Shown in pieces: positions 10,236 through 20,893 of a DNA stretch of 64,000 bases; the stretch's first letter is position 1; each line of letters opens with the position of its first letter. Below the pieces are notes generated by a model. It was not told the origin of the DNA and ran no database searches. It worked only from the letters and a program-made list of their open reading frames with translations. The DNA is from a plasmid. The stretch lies in sequence record AP029160.1. The stretch is one strand, 5' to 3'. Position numbers and translations under genes: made by a program.

Positions 10236-11055
10236 GGTTCTGTTGCAAAAAATATATAAGTGAGAGTGGAGTAACTTTTTTTTGGAGTTGTTTGAGGGGA
10301 GTGGCGATGGATTTCAAGTGGAAGCATACTGATCGTATGATTATCATAATGGCAATCCGTTGGTATGTAGGCTACTCCCTAAGTTATAGGCAAGTAGAAG
10401 AACTTTTAGCAGAGCGTGGTATTTTTGTAGATCACACGACCATTCATCGTTGGATTGTGGAATACAGTCCAAAATTACTTAAGAAGTTTTATAAGCTTAG
10501 AAAGCGTATCTGTGGAAGTTGGCGAATGGATGAGACTTACATCAAAGTAAAAGGTGAATGGTGTTATCTCTATAGAGCCGTGGATAAGCATGGTCAAACG
10601 ATTGATATTTACCTTTCAAAACGAAGAGATACAACAAGTGCCAAACGTTTTTTCCAAAAATGCTTTCGTTCTTCTGGAATCCCAGAAAAGGTAAATATTG
10701 ATAAAAGTGGCTCTAATACGGCAGCATTAAAGGCTATCAACAAAGATCTTAAATCTGAAGATAAAGTTCTAATAAGACAAAATAAATATTTAAATAACCT
10801 TGTAGAGCAAGACCATCGATTTATAAAAAAGAAAGTAAAGCCTATGCTTGGTTTCTTCTCATTGAAATCGGCGAGAGCTACTTTAGCAGGTATTGAACTC
10901 CATCATATGCTCAGAAAAGGGCAATTCAAATTTAAAAGTCATTTGCCTATTTGGGAGCAATTTTGCTCCCTCGCTGGATAATTGCACCTACAGAGGACAT
11001 TCTTGAAAAGTAACAACCCAATGTTTCGTGGCTTCTAATTATTTGCAACAGAACC
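10236..11055 (+). mobile_element. IS6-family insertion sequence, copy A, variant 1
   Basis: 820 bp. 14-bp inverted repeats GGTTCTGTTGCAAA...TTTGCAACAGAACC. Transposase ~10307..10981 (MDFKWKHTDRMIIIMAIRWYVGYSLSYRQ..., IS26 Tnp-like DDE). Confidence 0.85.
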
Positions 11056-11237
11056 CTAGGGACACCCCTAATAGGGATGCCCTTTTTTTTGAGATCGGAA
11101 TATTACACAAAAACACACGATATATCATATTAATATTATTAAATAATTAAATTTATTTATACTTATTTTAAATTTTTATATTTAAATAAAATTTTATTCC
11201 GATAGGAAAATGTTCTTATAAAAAAGGAGACTCTCAT

Positions 11238-12005
11238 ATGTCTAAAAGGATAATCTTATTTACTTTTCTTTCTTTTATCGTTTTTAGCTGCTCAAAAGGT
11301 GAAGGTGGAAGCATTGATAAAAATTCGTCAGATGCAACGGCTAATAACGATCTTTGTAAAATTCATTCAACAGCAATAAATTCTAACGAAAAAATATCAT
11401 ATCAATACAATGCAATTAATTCACAATGGGAACTACTTCCAAGCTATCAAATTACACCTGATACAACACAAGTAAGTGGCACACCAATTCAATTAAGTCC
11501 AAACTCTCCAGAAATGATTATTAGTGGAAATGTTGGGCAAATTCCAAATGTCAACAATTTTATATCTTATACTTTAAGTAATAGTAATTTTGTTTATTTA
11601 ACTAAATTACCTTCAATACCAACTGATAAAAGTATCGTTCAAGTAAATACAAACTCTAATTACATAGCAACAATAGATTCAACATTATTTGGTGGTAATT
11701 TAGCTGACCTTAAAGGAAATGCTGGTAATTTATTTATCCATCATAGTGTAATAACTTCTCCACTCTATTTCATATATGATCAAGCTTCACAGTCTTGGAG
11801 CCTTGTAAATAGTGTTTTAAATTTAATGGCAGGAAGTATTGCTCAATTGAATGGGCAATTACCAAGTGGAAACTTTAGTGCAATTAATTTTAGTTTATCT
11901 GCATATAGCTTTGTAACACCAGTGTATTTACCTAAAAATCCAATTGATAAAATGAAAATTAATATAATTAATAATACGAATCAAAATGCGAATATTTGTT
12001 ACTAA
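11238..12005 (+). CDS. Asn/Ser-rich lipoprotein (lipobox VFSC), copy 1 of 3
   Basis: 255 aa. Signal peptide plus Cys lipobox. Identical copies at 41772..42539 (+) and 62232..62999 (-), each with the same 182-bp leader abutting an IS6 right end. Confidence 0.65.
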   Translation: MSKRIILFTFLSFIVFSCSKGEGGSIDKNSSDATANNDLCKIHSTAINSNEKISYQYNAINSQWELLPSYQITPDTTQVSGTPIQLSPNSPEMIISGNVGQIPNVNNFISYTLSNSNFVYLTKLPSIPTDKSIVQVNTNSNYIATIDSTLFGGNLADLKGNAGNLFIHHSVITSPLYFIYDQASQSWSLVNSVLNLMAGSIAQLNGQLPSGNFSAINFSLSAYSFVTPVYLPKNPIDKMKINIINNTNQNANICY

Positions 12006-12081
12006 ATTACAAATAAATTTTTGCAAATAATTAAGAGTTACGAATCAGAGGTGTGTTACTTTTCAATTAGGTTCCATTTAG
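12006..12081. repeat. Degenerate IS6-family right-end relic (inverted) between the lipoprotein stop and IS6 copy B
   Basis: TTGCAAATAATTAAGAGTTACGAATCAGAGGTGTGTTACTTTTCAATTAGG aligns with the reverse complement of the IS6 right end (TTGCAAATAATTAGAAGCCACGAAACATTGGGTTGTTACTTTTCAAGAATG) but lacks the terminal GGTTCTG. Also present beside copies 2 and 3. Confidence 0.5.
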
Positions 12082-12901
12082 GGTTCTGTTGCAAAAAATA
12101 TATAAGTGAGAGTGGAGTAACTTTTTTTTGGAGTTGTTTGAGGGGAGTGGCGATGGATTTCAAGTGGAAGCATACTGATCGTATGATTATCATAATGGCA
12201 ATCCGTTGGTATGTAGGCTACTCCCTAAGTTATAGGCAAGTAGAAGAACTTTTAGCAGAGCGTGGTATTTTTGTAGATCACACGACCATTCATCGTTGGA
12301 TTGTGGAATACAGTCCAAAATTACTTAAGAAGTTTTATAAGCTTAGAAAGCGTATTTGTGGAAGTTGGCGAATGGATGAGACTTACATCAAAGTAAAAGG
12401 TGAATGGTGTTATCTCTATAGAGCCGTGGATAAGCATGGTCAAACGATTGATATTTATCTATCAAAACGAAGAGATACAACGAATGCCAAACGTTTTTTC
12501 CAAAAATGCTTTCGTACTTCTGGAATCCCAGAAAAGGTAAATATTGATAAAAGTGGCTCTAATACGGCAGCATTAAAGGCTATCAACAAAGATCTTAAAT
12601 CTGAAGATAAGATCTTAATAAGACAAAATAAATATTTAAATAACCTTGTGGAACAAGACCATCGATTTATAAAAAAGAAAGTGAAGCCTATGCTTGGTTT
12701 CTTCTCATTGAAATCGGCGAGAGCTACTTTAGCAGGTATTGAACTCCATCATATGCTCAGAAAAGGGCAATTCAAATTTAAAAGTCATTTGCCTATTTGG
12801 GAGCAATTTTGCTCCCTCGCTGGATAATTGCACCTACAGAGGACATTCTTGAAAAGTAACAACCCAATGTTTCGTGGCTTCTAATTATTTGCAACAGAAC
12901 C
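12082..12901 (+). mobile_element. IS6-family insertion sequence, copy B, variant 2
   Basis: 820 bp, same inverted repeats. Transposase ends at 12827 (variant with TNAKRFFQKCFRTS, KILIRQ). Confidence 0.85.
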
Positions 12902-12902
12902 C

Positions 12903-13700
12903 ACTTATAAACCTAAAGATAAGGCCAAAGTAGAAGTCGGGGTACAAGTAGCACAACGCTGGATCCTTGCTAAACTCAGAAAACAATTATTTTACTCAAT
13001 TCAAGACATTAATGAAGCCATCTCTCCATTACTTGAAGCTTTAAATCATAAAAAGATGAAACACTTAAATGTTTCTAGATATGAATTGTATGAGCAATAT
13101 GAAAAAAACCAACTCAAACCCCTACCTAAAGAACACTTCGAATTATATGAGTGGCGAAAAGCAAAAGTAAATATAGATTACCATGTCCAATTTGAGTGTA
13201 ATTATTACAGCGTTCCTTGTCATTATGTACATAAAAATGTTGAAATACGAATAACAACTAATACAATTGAAATATATTTATCTAATAAAATGATTGCCGT
13301 TCATAAAAGACTTTTTTTAGTTGGCAAATATTCAACATACAAAGAGCACATGCCTCAGTCTCATCAGAAACATGTTGAGTGGACTCCAGAAAGAATGTTG
13401 AAATGGGCCTCCAATATAGGAGTTTCAACAAAAACATGTTTTGAAATTATGATTTCCAGAACTCAACACCCAGAACAAGGATTTCGTTCTTGTCTAGGTA
13501 TACTTCGCCTTGGCCAACAATATTCTAATCTAAGATTAGAAAACGCTTGTTTAAGAGCCCTAAATACCGACCAAGTGAGTTTCAAATCAGTGAAAAATAT
13601 CTTAAAAAACAACTTAGATAAAATAATAATAACTGAAACAAAAAAGAATGTCATAAATATTGAACACGAAAATATACGTGGTTCTGATTATTATAATTAA
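12903..13700 (+). pseudogene. istA: IS21-family istA, 3' portion, 5'-truncated by IS6 copy B
   Basis: The frame is open from the IS6 end (YKPKDKAKVEVGVQVAQRWILAKLRKQLFYSIQDINEAISPLLEALNHKK...), the typical IstA C-terminal region. Confidence 0.7.
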
Positions 13701-13726
13701 TGTAATTAAAAAAAAGGATAAATAGC

Positions 13727-14484
13727 ATGTTGAATGCACAGATTATAGAGCAATTAAAAAAATTAAATTTAAATATGTTTATGCAAGAATTAGAAGAGCA
13801 AGAAAAAAATAATGGCTATAAAGTTCTTTTTCTGATAGATTATCACTTCTGCTACAAAGAGAAATCCTTGAAAGAGAAAATAAAAATATTAAGCGAAAAA
13901 TAACAAATGCAAAATTAAAGCAAAAAGCAAGTCTAGAAAATATTAAAACCAGCCTGGAACGTGGATTAGATAAAACAGCTTTACAATCACTAAGTACCTG
14001 TGAATGGTTAAAAAGAAAACAGAATATCATAATTACAGGAGCAACAGGTGTAGGAAAAAGTTTTTTAGCTTCAGCATTAGCAGAAAAAGCATGCAGATCT
14101 GGATTTCAAGCTAGATATTTTCGCTATCAAAGTCTTTTATCTGAGCTTACGTTTTCAGTTGCTGATGGTTCATTTAAAAACTACTTACTAAAACTAGAAA
14201 AATTAAATTTAATCGTAATTGATGATTGGGCTTTGCATTCTATAACAGAAATAGAACAAAAATATTTATTCGAACTGATTGAAGCTAGAAGTGAAAATTC
14301 TTCTACAATTTTTGTCAGCCAAACACCAATAGCAAGTTGGCATTCTCTCATGCCTAATTCTACCATTGCAGACGCTATTCTGGATAGAATTGTTCACACT
14401 GCGATAAGAATTGAACTCAAGGGGGAATCCATGCGGAAAAAATCAGATCATAAAATTGACGAGGAGACTGCGATTATGAAATAG
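13727..14484 (+). pseudogene. istB: IS21-family istB helper ATPase with a frameshift near 13830
   Basis: N-terminal MLNAQIIEQLKKLNLNMFMQELEEQ; then in another frame GATGVGKSFLASALAEKAC (Walker A)...LIVIDDWALH...SQTPIASWHSLMPNSTIADAILDRIVH. Confidence 0.65.
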
Positions 14485-15022
14485 AATCTTTGAGCAGAAT
14501 CATAGCCTCTACGGATGCCGCTTTCAATCGGAAACCCGTACCGAATTCGATTGGAATTCACCACCGCTTTCAGCGGAATATGCAATAATAACTAAAAATA
14601 ATAAACTATACCTAGGAGAAAGTAAATATCATCATGATAGATACTATTATCAGGATGATGTTTTAAATAAAAGCTATTACATAAATGATCATTCATATTT
14701 TAAATCAGAGAATTTTTTTATTGATAAAGAAAATGAAAAAATAACACTAAAATATAAATATACCTCACCTGTTTGGATTGAAGAAAATAAAGTAAATGAT
14801 GTAATAATTCATAATATAGAAAGAAATAAAAAAATGGCTTTTTTTATAAATAACTTATTTAATTAATTTTTAGTTTAATCTTATTTAAATACGCATTCTC
14901 AACTCTTAAATGGCATATATAGTTCATTGAAATTTCGAAATAAATAATTTAAATTTAAAAATATCTAGAAAAAGAATGCACATTACTAATATTTTAAATA
15001 TTCAAGTTTTACAATTAAGAAT

Positions 15023-15858
15023 TCATTTTAAAGTTTCAAGTATATGATTTCTAGCTTGCTTTTGTATTGTAAATGCATCAAGAATTAAATTTGATGCCAT
15101 ATAACTTTCATATTTATTACTTTCAAAAAATAAATTAAATAGATTTAGAGAAGTATAATACTCCGTATTTACTTTATTAAGTGATTTTGCTCTATACAAT
15201 ATATCTCTTCCTGTTTTTAGCGCCCTTTTGCAAAACCTATCCCATTTTAAGTTTGCATTATGAATTGCATATTCAACTTCCTTAGATTCTAAATAGTTTT
15301 TTCCTATTTTATGATAAGGATACATTGGGGCCCAAGATGCTGAAGATCCCAAATGCATTGATGAAGGAGGATATCCGTTTGCATGCATAAATAAACTACA
15401 GCCCAAACATGATGCAAGTTTTGTAGTTTTCTTACCTACAGCAATTTCATATGGCTTTGATTCATTTCCTTGTGCTAAGCTAATATAAATTCCCTGAACC
15501 ATGCCATGAGTATAACCAACTATATCAGTTTCTATATTACCATCTGAATAAACTACGGAAGCCATACCTTCGATGAGATAATCTTTATCATTTAAATTTT
15601 TTATTGACAGGATTCCCCAAGGAAGATTGTCAGGATAATTTTTTCTTTTTTTTGGATTCCATCTTTCTCCTCTAGAAATTTTATATTCTCTATACATATC
15701 ACTTATGAAATAATAGTTATCCCTAGGAATAGTAGTCCTTATAGTCGATGAATAAGAAGTTCGACCATTTTTGTGCAGCACACAGCCAGTATAAGCACCA
15801 ATACCTTGATATCCAAAACTTTCATCCATAGCAATTTCAATTAAATCTCTAGAAGGTG
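15023..15858 (-). CDS. Hypothetical protein whose 5' end is replaced by IS6 copy C (the first ~37 residues of the ORF-track product are IS-derived)
   Basis: The ORF 15023..15970 runs into the IS6 left end at 15859. No recognisable domain and no target-site duplication. Confidence 0.35.
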
Positions 15859-16678
15859 GGTTCTGTTGCAAAAAATATATAAGTGAGAGTAGAGTAACTT
15901 TTTTTTGGAGTTGTTTGAGGGGAGTGGCGATGGATTTCAAGTGGAAGCATACCGATCGTATGATTATCATAATGGCAATCCGTTGGTATGTAAGCTACTC
16001 CCTAAGTTACAGGCAAGTAGAAGAACTCCTAGCAGAGCGTGGTATTTTTGTAGATCACACGACAATTCATCGTTGGATTGTGGAATACGTTCCAAAATTA
16101 CTTAAGAAGTTTTATAAGCTTAGAAAGCGTATCTGTGGAAGTTGGCGAATGGATGAGACTTACATCAAAGTAAAAGGTGAATGGTGTTATCTCTATAGAG
16201 CCGTGGATAAGCATGGTCAAACGATTGATATTTACCTTTCAAAACGAAGAGATACAACAAGTGCCAAACGTTTTTTCCAAAAATGCTTTCGTTCTTCTGG
16301 AATCCCAGAAAAGGTAAATATTGATAAAAGTGGCTCTAATACGGCAGCATTAAAGGCTATCAACAAAGATCTTAAATCTGAAGATAAAGTTCTAATAAGA
16401 CAAAATAAATATTTAAATAACCTTGTAGAGCAAGACCATCGATTTATAAAAAAGAAAGTAAAGCCTATGCTTGGTTTCTTCTCATTGAAATCGGCGAGAG
16501 CTACTTTAGCAGGTATTGAACTCCATCATATGCTCAGAAAAGGGCAATTCAAATTTAAAAGTCATTTGCCTATTTGGGAGCAATTTTGCTCCCTCGCTGG
16601 ATAATTGCACCTACAGAGGACATTCTTGAAAAGTAACAACCCAATGTTTCGTGGCTTCTAATTATTTGCAACAGAACC
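15859..16678 (+). mobile_element. IS6-family insertion sequence, copy C, variant 3
   Basis: 820 bp. Transposase 15930..16604 (variant with VSYSLSYRQ, EYVPKLL). Flanks differ (agaaggtg vs gttatact), so there is no target-site duplication; this implies IS-IS recombination. Confidence 0.85.
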
Positions 16679-16744
16679 GTTATACTTAGTCCATTTATTT
16701 CAGGAACTATAGAACCATGGGAAAATATACAAATTTGTATAACA

Positions 16745-17371
16745 TTGCTGTGTTTAATGGAACAAAGCAGAATATTTGAGCCATGCTTTATAAGATATAT
16801 TTCAAGTTTAGATAAGCCATATAGTTGTAGCGAAATAAGTCCAGAAAAGGCAATTCCTACATTACCAGTTTTATACAAGGATATAAATAGTCTTTTAAAA
16901 GAAATCCAAGCATTTCAAACAAAAAAAATTATGGATGATATGTCTGTACGATCCGCTTTTAGTTGGTTTCATCGATCACTTAATGTCAATGATGACAACT
17001 TTAAATTTCTTTCAGCTTGGATTGCTTGCGAAACTATAACAAAATCTAAAGAAACTAATGTAAAAAAAATTGTAAGATCTCTTCATGAACATTTAATAAA
17101 TGATTCTAGTTTTTATCAATATAACAATGAAAAAGAAGCAAAAGAGTACCTTTTACTTGGTCGATTGCATGGCATTCGGGGCGCAATTACTCATACTGGA
17201 AATGAAAATATTATTAATAATCTCTTTATAACATATGTACAATTATTATTTGCTGAAATGGTCTTTGCTTATTATAAATTACCACCAACGAAATTAATTT
17301 ATTATTTTTTAAAGGATAATCGTTCAAATTTATGTTCACTTCTTCAGCAACATAAAGCGATTAAATGCTAA
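16745..17371 (+). CDS. Hypothetical protein with a possible HEPN-like Rx4H motif (RGAITH)
   Basis: About 204 aa; the true start is probably the ATG at 16757 (MEQSRIF). The motif is LHGIRGAITHTGNE. No partner gene. Confidence 0.3.
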   Translation: MLCLMEQSRIFEPCFIRYISSLDKPYSCSEISPEKAIPTLPVLYKDINSLLKEIQAFQTKKIMDDMSVRSAFSWFHRSLNVNDDNFKFLSAWIACETITKSKETNVKKIVRSLHEHLINDSSFYQYNNEKEAKEYLLLGRLHGIRGAITHTGNENIINNLFITYVQLLFAEMVFAYYKLPPTKLIYYFLKDNRSNLCSLLQQHKAIKC

Positions 17372-17420
17372 TGAAAACTCTTAAATTGTATTATTCAATA
17401 CTATAGCAGCATTCTCATAT

Positions 17421-17786
17421 TTAATCATTTCGAGAGAAAAAGGCAAAGAAGATCGGTACCTCACTTAGTCTAACCGATTCTAGTCTCAAGGGCTTTGGGA
17501 ATAGTCCAATTGTCTTTGGGAACTGACATACTGGTAATATAATTATTGCTAAAATAGCAATTAAAAGTGGGCATAGATAAAAAGATGAATTATGAAGTTT
17601 CTCAATTTGACAAATTTTTTTATCAATATCTAAGCCAGAAAATATTATTAGAAAAAATTTCCAGTTAACAACTATAAAAAAAATAGAATAGTTAATAACT
17701 AATTTATTAGTAAGTCTTTCATCAATGATTTTTTTTGCAATATCTGTTAATTCAACTTTAGAATTTAACTCCATAGCTATCCTCAT
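17421..17786 (-). CDS. Small hydrophobic membrane protein, hypothetical
   Basis: 121 aa with two predicted transmembrane segments. Confidence 0.3.
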   Translation of the reverse strand: MRIAMELNSKVELTDIAKKIIDERLTNKLVINYSIFFIVVNWKFFLIIFSGLDIDKKICQIEKLHNSSFYLCPLLIAILAIIILPVCQFPKTIGLFPKPLRLESVRLSEVPIFFAFFSRND

Positions 17787-17894
17787 AATTTAATATTATT
17801 TATTAAATTATGATTATATTAAAAAAATATTGATTTTATCGTCAAAATATTTCTGAGTACTTGTTTAAAAAATCTTAAGTTGCAAATTAAATTT

Positions 17895-17912
17895 TTAGTA
17901 TGAGTTAGCAGT
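17895..17912. repeat. 18-bp perfect palindrome AGCAGTCAATTGACTGCT
   Basis: Shares the 14-bp core CAGTCAATTGACTG with the palindrome at 18913..18930. Confidence 0.6.
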
Positions 17913-18340
17913 CAATTGACTGCTAAGAAATTTGATTTTTTAGCTCTTCTGAAATATTTTAAAGACTTACTGAACTAGGCTTGTGGTCTAAAAATAAAAT
18001 TTAGATTGTGAACAAGTTAAAGCTTCTTGAAACGCTCGTCTCTAGCATTAGGGGTAATCTGCAACAAGGGTACTTCTATGTAAGTATTTTTTTTGATAGC
18101 TCATCTGCCAAGTGCGGGGGTTCCTGAATATTCAGGCCAAAAGTCTAACAAAGAAAAAGTTATCATTGCATTTCAATGGTAACTCTTAAAAACCGAAAAA
18201 ACATTATCCTACTTTTTCCCTTTTTCGTTCCAACCACTTTTTAGCCCTCCTTGTGCAAAAAATTTTTCTAACATAGAATGCATACCATTGTAATTGTTAC
18301 AAAATAGAAAATTTTTTTTGCACACAAAAGGAGGAATTTT

Positions 18341-18748
18341 GTGAGATCAATTGTGAAGTTAATCGCAGTTTGCTCAACATTAGCTTTGAGTCATCCAATA
18401 TTTGCAAATACCAATATTGGTATTAATGTTGGTAATCATTACTTTGGTATAAGTCATTATCATAGTAATGGTGATCATTATTATGGTGGTGGTGTCTACT
18501 TTGGAGGAAAATACTATGATGCGGTAGGTGGATATTACTTTAATGGTATTTATTATGATGCCTACGGCGGATATTACTATAATGGTGGTTACTATACTTC
18601 TTCAGGAGTTTTCTTTGGAGGTATTGGTGGATATTATAAAGGAGGTCTCTTCTTCGATATTTATGGTGGATATTATAGTGTAGAAGGCTACTATTATGTC
18701 CCATATGGTGGTTATTACGATCAATATGGTATTTACCATGCTAGTTAA
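18341..18748 (+). CDS. Secreted Gly/Tyr-rich low-complexity protein
   Basis: 135 aa. GTG start after the RBS AAGGAGG. Signal peptide, then GGYY/YYxG repeats (about 35% Tyr plus Gly). Confidence 0.55.
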   Translation: MRSIVKLIAVCSTLALSHPIFANTNIGINVGNHYFGISHYHSNGDHYYGGGVYFGGKYYDAVGGYYFNGIYYDAYGGYYYNGGYYTSSGVFFGGIGGYYKGGLFFDIYGGYYSVEGYYYVPYGGYYDQYGIYHAS

Positions 18749-18854
18749 TTCTGTTCTATTGCAAATAATTAAGAGTTATTTTTAATTACAATGAAAACTC
18801 TTCTTTTGCTAGAATTTTGATCAGTATATCTGAAAAGCCCCAAATGTAGAAAGA

Positions 18855-18890
18855 GAAAAGCCCCACTCTAAGAATGGGGCTTTTTTATTT
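18855..18890 (+). terminator. Rho-independent terminator
   Basis: AAAAGCCCCACTCTAAGAATGGGGCTTTTTTATTTG: GC stem plus a T-run, downstream of the Gly/Tyr-rich gene. Confidence 0.6.
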
Positions 18891-18912
18891 GTCTTGTAAA
18901 TTTTGGAAAGTT

Positions 18913-18930
18913 TGACAGTCAATTGACTGT
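18913..18930. repeat. 18-bp perfect palindrome GACAGTCAATTGACTGTC
   Basis: Same core as 17895..17912; lies just outside the IS200/IS605 right end. Confidence 0.6.
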
Positions 18931-18944
18931 CATGAGGTTTGAGT

Positions 18945-19030
18945 TTTCCCTTTAAAGTTAAAAAAAAGCCCCAACAAAGCTGAGACTTTGTGAACTGCTC
19001 GACCCTAAAGGGAGCGAGCTTCTGAAGTCA
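18945..19030 (-). ncRNA. Putative TnpB omega-RNA (right-end RNA) overlapping the tnpB 3' end
   Basis: Inferred from the architecture of TnpB systems. The hairpin at ~18993..19013 overlaps the tnpB stop. Confidence 0.3.
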
Positions 19031-20369
19031 TAGGAATCAGCGGATTAGATTGCTCTAATCTCGTCTTACATATTCCTCGTCCAGCTTTACTTCGGCTAAT
19101 TCCTAGCCTAGTTCTCGTCTTAGCTTTCGGCTTTGACAAAAGAAATTGAACACCTCTTTTTGCTATTATTTTTGCTGCATTGATATCAGCATTGTCATGA
19201 TTTCCGCATAATAGACATAAGAAATTATCTTGTGTTTTTCTATTATCGGCGTGAGTGTGGCCACAATTGGCACATTCTTGACTAGAATAATGAGGTGAAA
19301 CTTTTATAACTAATTTCCCATATTTTTTAGCTTTATATTCTAAAAATTCTATTGTTTTTGCTAATCCTTTAGAGAGTAATTCTCTATTTAACCCCGCCTT
19401 GGCCTTTCTCATATTTGGCAAATAATTTCCATTTTCATCTTGCTTTGGCTTAGGAGATTTTGTCATATTTTTTAGTTTTAAATCTTCTACTGCAAATATT
19501 TTTGCCTCAGAATTTGCAATAGAATGTGAGACTTTATGACAAAAATCATGTCTTATATTACTTATTTTAGAATGAATTTTGGCAATTCTATTTTTTGTTT
19601 TATTTCTACTTGTAGATCCTTTTTTCTGACGTGCTAATTTTCTTTGGTATTTTTTTAACTTTTTTTGCTTAAGTTTAATTTGATTTTTTAACTTATCATC
19701 GAAATCATAACAAGATTGATTGCTAGTTTGAAATGGAATTACGATACCTCGATCAATTCCAACGGTTAGAGTATTTAGTGATGTTTCATCTAAATTGGAA
19801 TACTCATCCAATAATTCTTGCTCTGATTTTCCTGTATCTTCTACTTCATAACAGAAAGATACATACCATTTTTTATTTTTCTTACCAATTACAATTTGTT
19901 GAGGATTTCCAAATTCTCTATGCGCTTTAAATTTTAAAACACCCAAACTATTTTTCTTAGTACCAATTATAAGATTTTTTAAAACAACTCCATCATCGCT
20001 TATTTCATCTTTAAATTTAAATAATTCACTTGTAAGCAATACAGTATCTTTTATTCCTTTTTTCTTTTTGCGTGGATTATTAGCTATTCCTTTAAAGAAA
20101 CGTTGTTTTGCTGTATACCAAATAGAAGATGCATTACGCAAAACTTGAGAAGGACATTGATTTAACCACTCTCTTTCATCATTTTTAAAATGAGAATAGG
20201 CTTGATTAATAGATATTTTATCGCCAGTACTTTTAAAAATGTTATAATTTTGATTATCTTCTGACACTTTGCAATTATAAATTACTCTAGCACAACCTAT
20301 CCATTGAGAAAGTATGTGAACTTGCTCAGCGGTTGGATATGCTCTAAATTTTACACCACAATTTGCCAT
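19005..20369 (-). CDS. tnpB: TnpB (OrfB) RNA-guided nuclease of IS200/IS605
   Basis: 454 aa. RuvC-like core and C-terminal zinc finger CANCGHTHADNRKTQDNFLCLLCG. Confidence 0.85.
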   Translation of the reverse strand: MANCGVKFRAYPTAEQVHILSQWIGCARVIYNCKVSEDNQNYNIFKSTGDKISINQAYSHFKNDEREWLNQCPSQVLRNASSIWYTAKQRFFKGIANNPRKKKKGIKDTVLLTSELFKFKDEISDDGVVLKNLIIGTKKNSLGVLKFKAHREFGNPQQIVIGKKNKKWYVSFCYEVEDTGKSEQELLDEYSNLDETSLNTLTVGIDRGIVIPFQTSNQSCYDFDDKLKNQIKLKQKKLKKYQRKLARQKKGSTSRNKTKNRIAKIHSKISNIRHDFCHKVSHSIANSEAKIFAVEDLKLKNMTKSPKPKQDENGNYLPNMRKAKAGLNRELLSKGLAKTIEFLEYKAKKYGKLVIKVSPHYSSQECANCGHTHADNRKTQDNFLCLLCGNHDNADINAAKIIAKRGVQFLLSKPKAKTRTRLGISRSKAGRGICKTRLEQSNPLIPMTSEARSL

Positions 20370-20416
20370 AAGTTCTCCTTAATGCTAATCTAGCATTCGT
20401 TTATTTTGGAGTCAAT

Positions 20417-20893
20417 ATGGATCATAAAAATTACGAGTGGAGAACAGGAAGAAGCCAAATATATAAGCATTATTATCATTTAGTATTTGTTACAAAATAC
20501 AGACGTAATGTTTTCACAAATGAAATACTTGAAAGAGTTAAAGTCATTTTTAAAGAAACATGTGAGCAAATTGATTGTGAGCTAATTGAATTTAATGGTG
20601 AAGATGATCATATACATATTCTTATCAGCATTCCTCCAAAACACTCTGTTGCAGTTGTTGTTAGTAAATTAAAAGGAAAATCATCATACTTTATTAGAAA
20701 AGAATTCTGGGATCATATTAAGAAAAAACTATGGGGAGAGCACTTCTGGAGCCCTAGTTATTGCTCTGTTACTTGTGGAGGAGCTCCTCTAGACGTCATA
20801 AAAAAATACATTGATGACCAAAGAAAGCCATCTTCTGAAAAAGGGGTCGCTCAATCAATTCGTGAAAGAAAAGTACGTTTGCGAGCGGACTAA
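20417..20893 (+). CDS. tnpA: IS200-type Y1 HUH transposase TnpA
   Basis: 158 aa. YHLVFVTKYRR, HIHILISIPPKHSV (HxH), and a catalytic Tyr region. Confidence 0.85.
   Translation: MDHKNYEWRTGRSQIYKHYYHLVFVTKYRRNVFTNEILERVKVIFKETCEQIDCELIEFNGEDDHIHILISIPPKHSVAVVVSKLKGKSSYFIRKEFWDHIKKKLWGEHFWSPSYCSVTCGGAPLDVIKKYIDDQRKPSSEKGVAQSIRERKVRLRAD

Noticed and set aside
9944-10981. 345-aa ORF that looks like a GNAT-transposase fusion protein
   Set aside because: An artefact of IS6 inserting in-frame. The IS left end is open in that frame (…CKKYISESGVTFFWSCLRGVAMDFKW), so the upstream gene reads through into the transposase. The same happens at 12021, 42555, 56592 and 57521.
15905-16105. ORF MELFEGSGDGFQVEAYRSYDYHNGNPL... 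(also 56678..56878)
   Set aside because: Alternative frame inside the IS6 transposase gene; it recurs only because the IS recurs.
16570-16878. 102-aa minus-strand ORF
   Set aside because: The C-terminal part is translation of the IS6 right end. A frame check shows it cannot be the displaced N-terminus of 15023..15858 (820 and 828 bp are both incompatible with the two frames).
17895-18930. The CAGTCAATTGACTG palindromes as IS200/IS605 ends
   Set aside because: The IS ends are better explained by the CTCG(A/C)CCCTAAAGG(G)AGCGAG hairpins at ~18993 and ~20975; the palindromes lie outside them.
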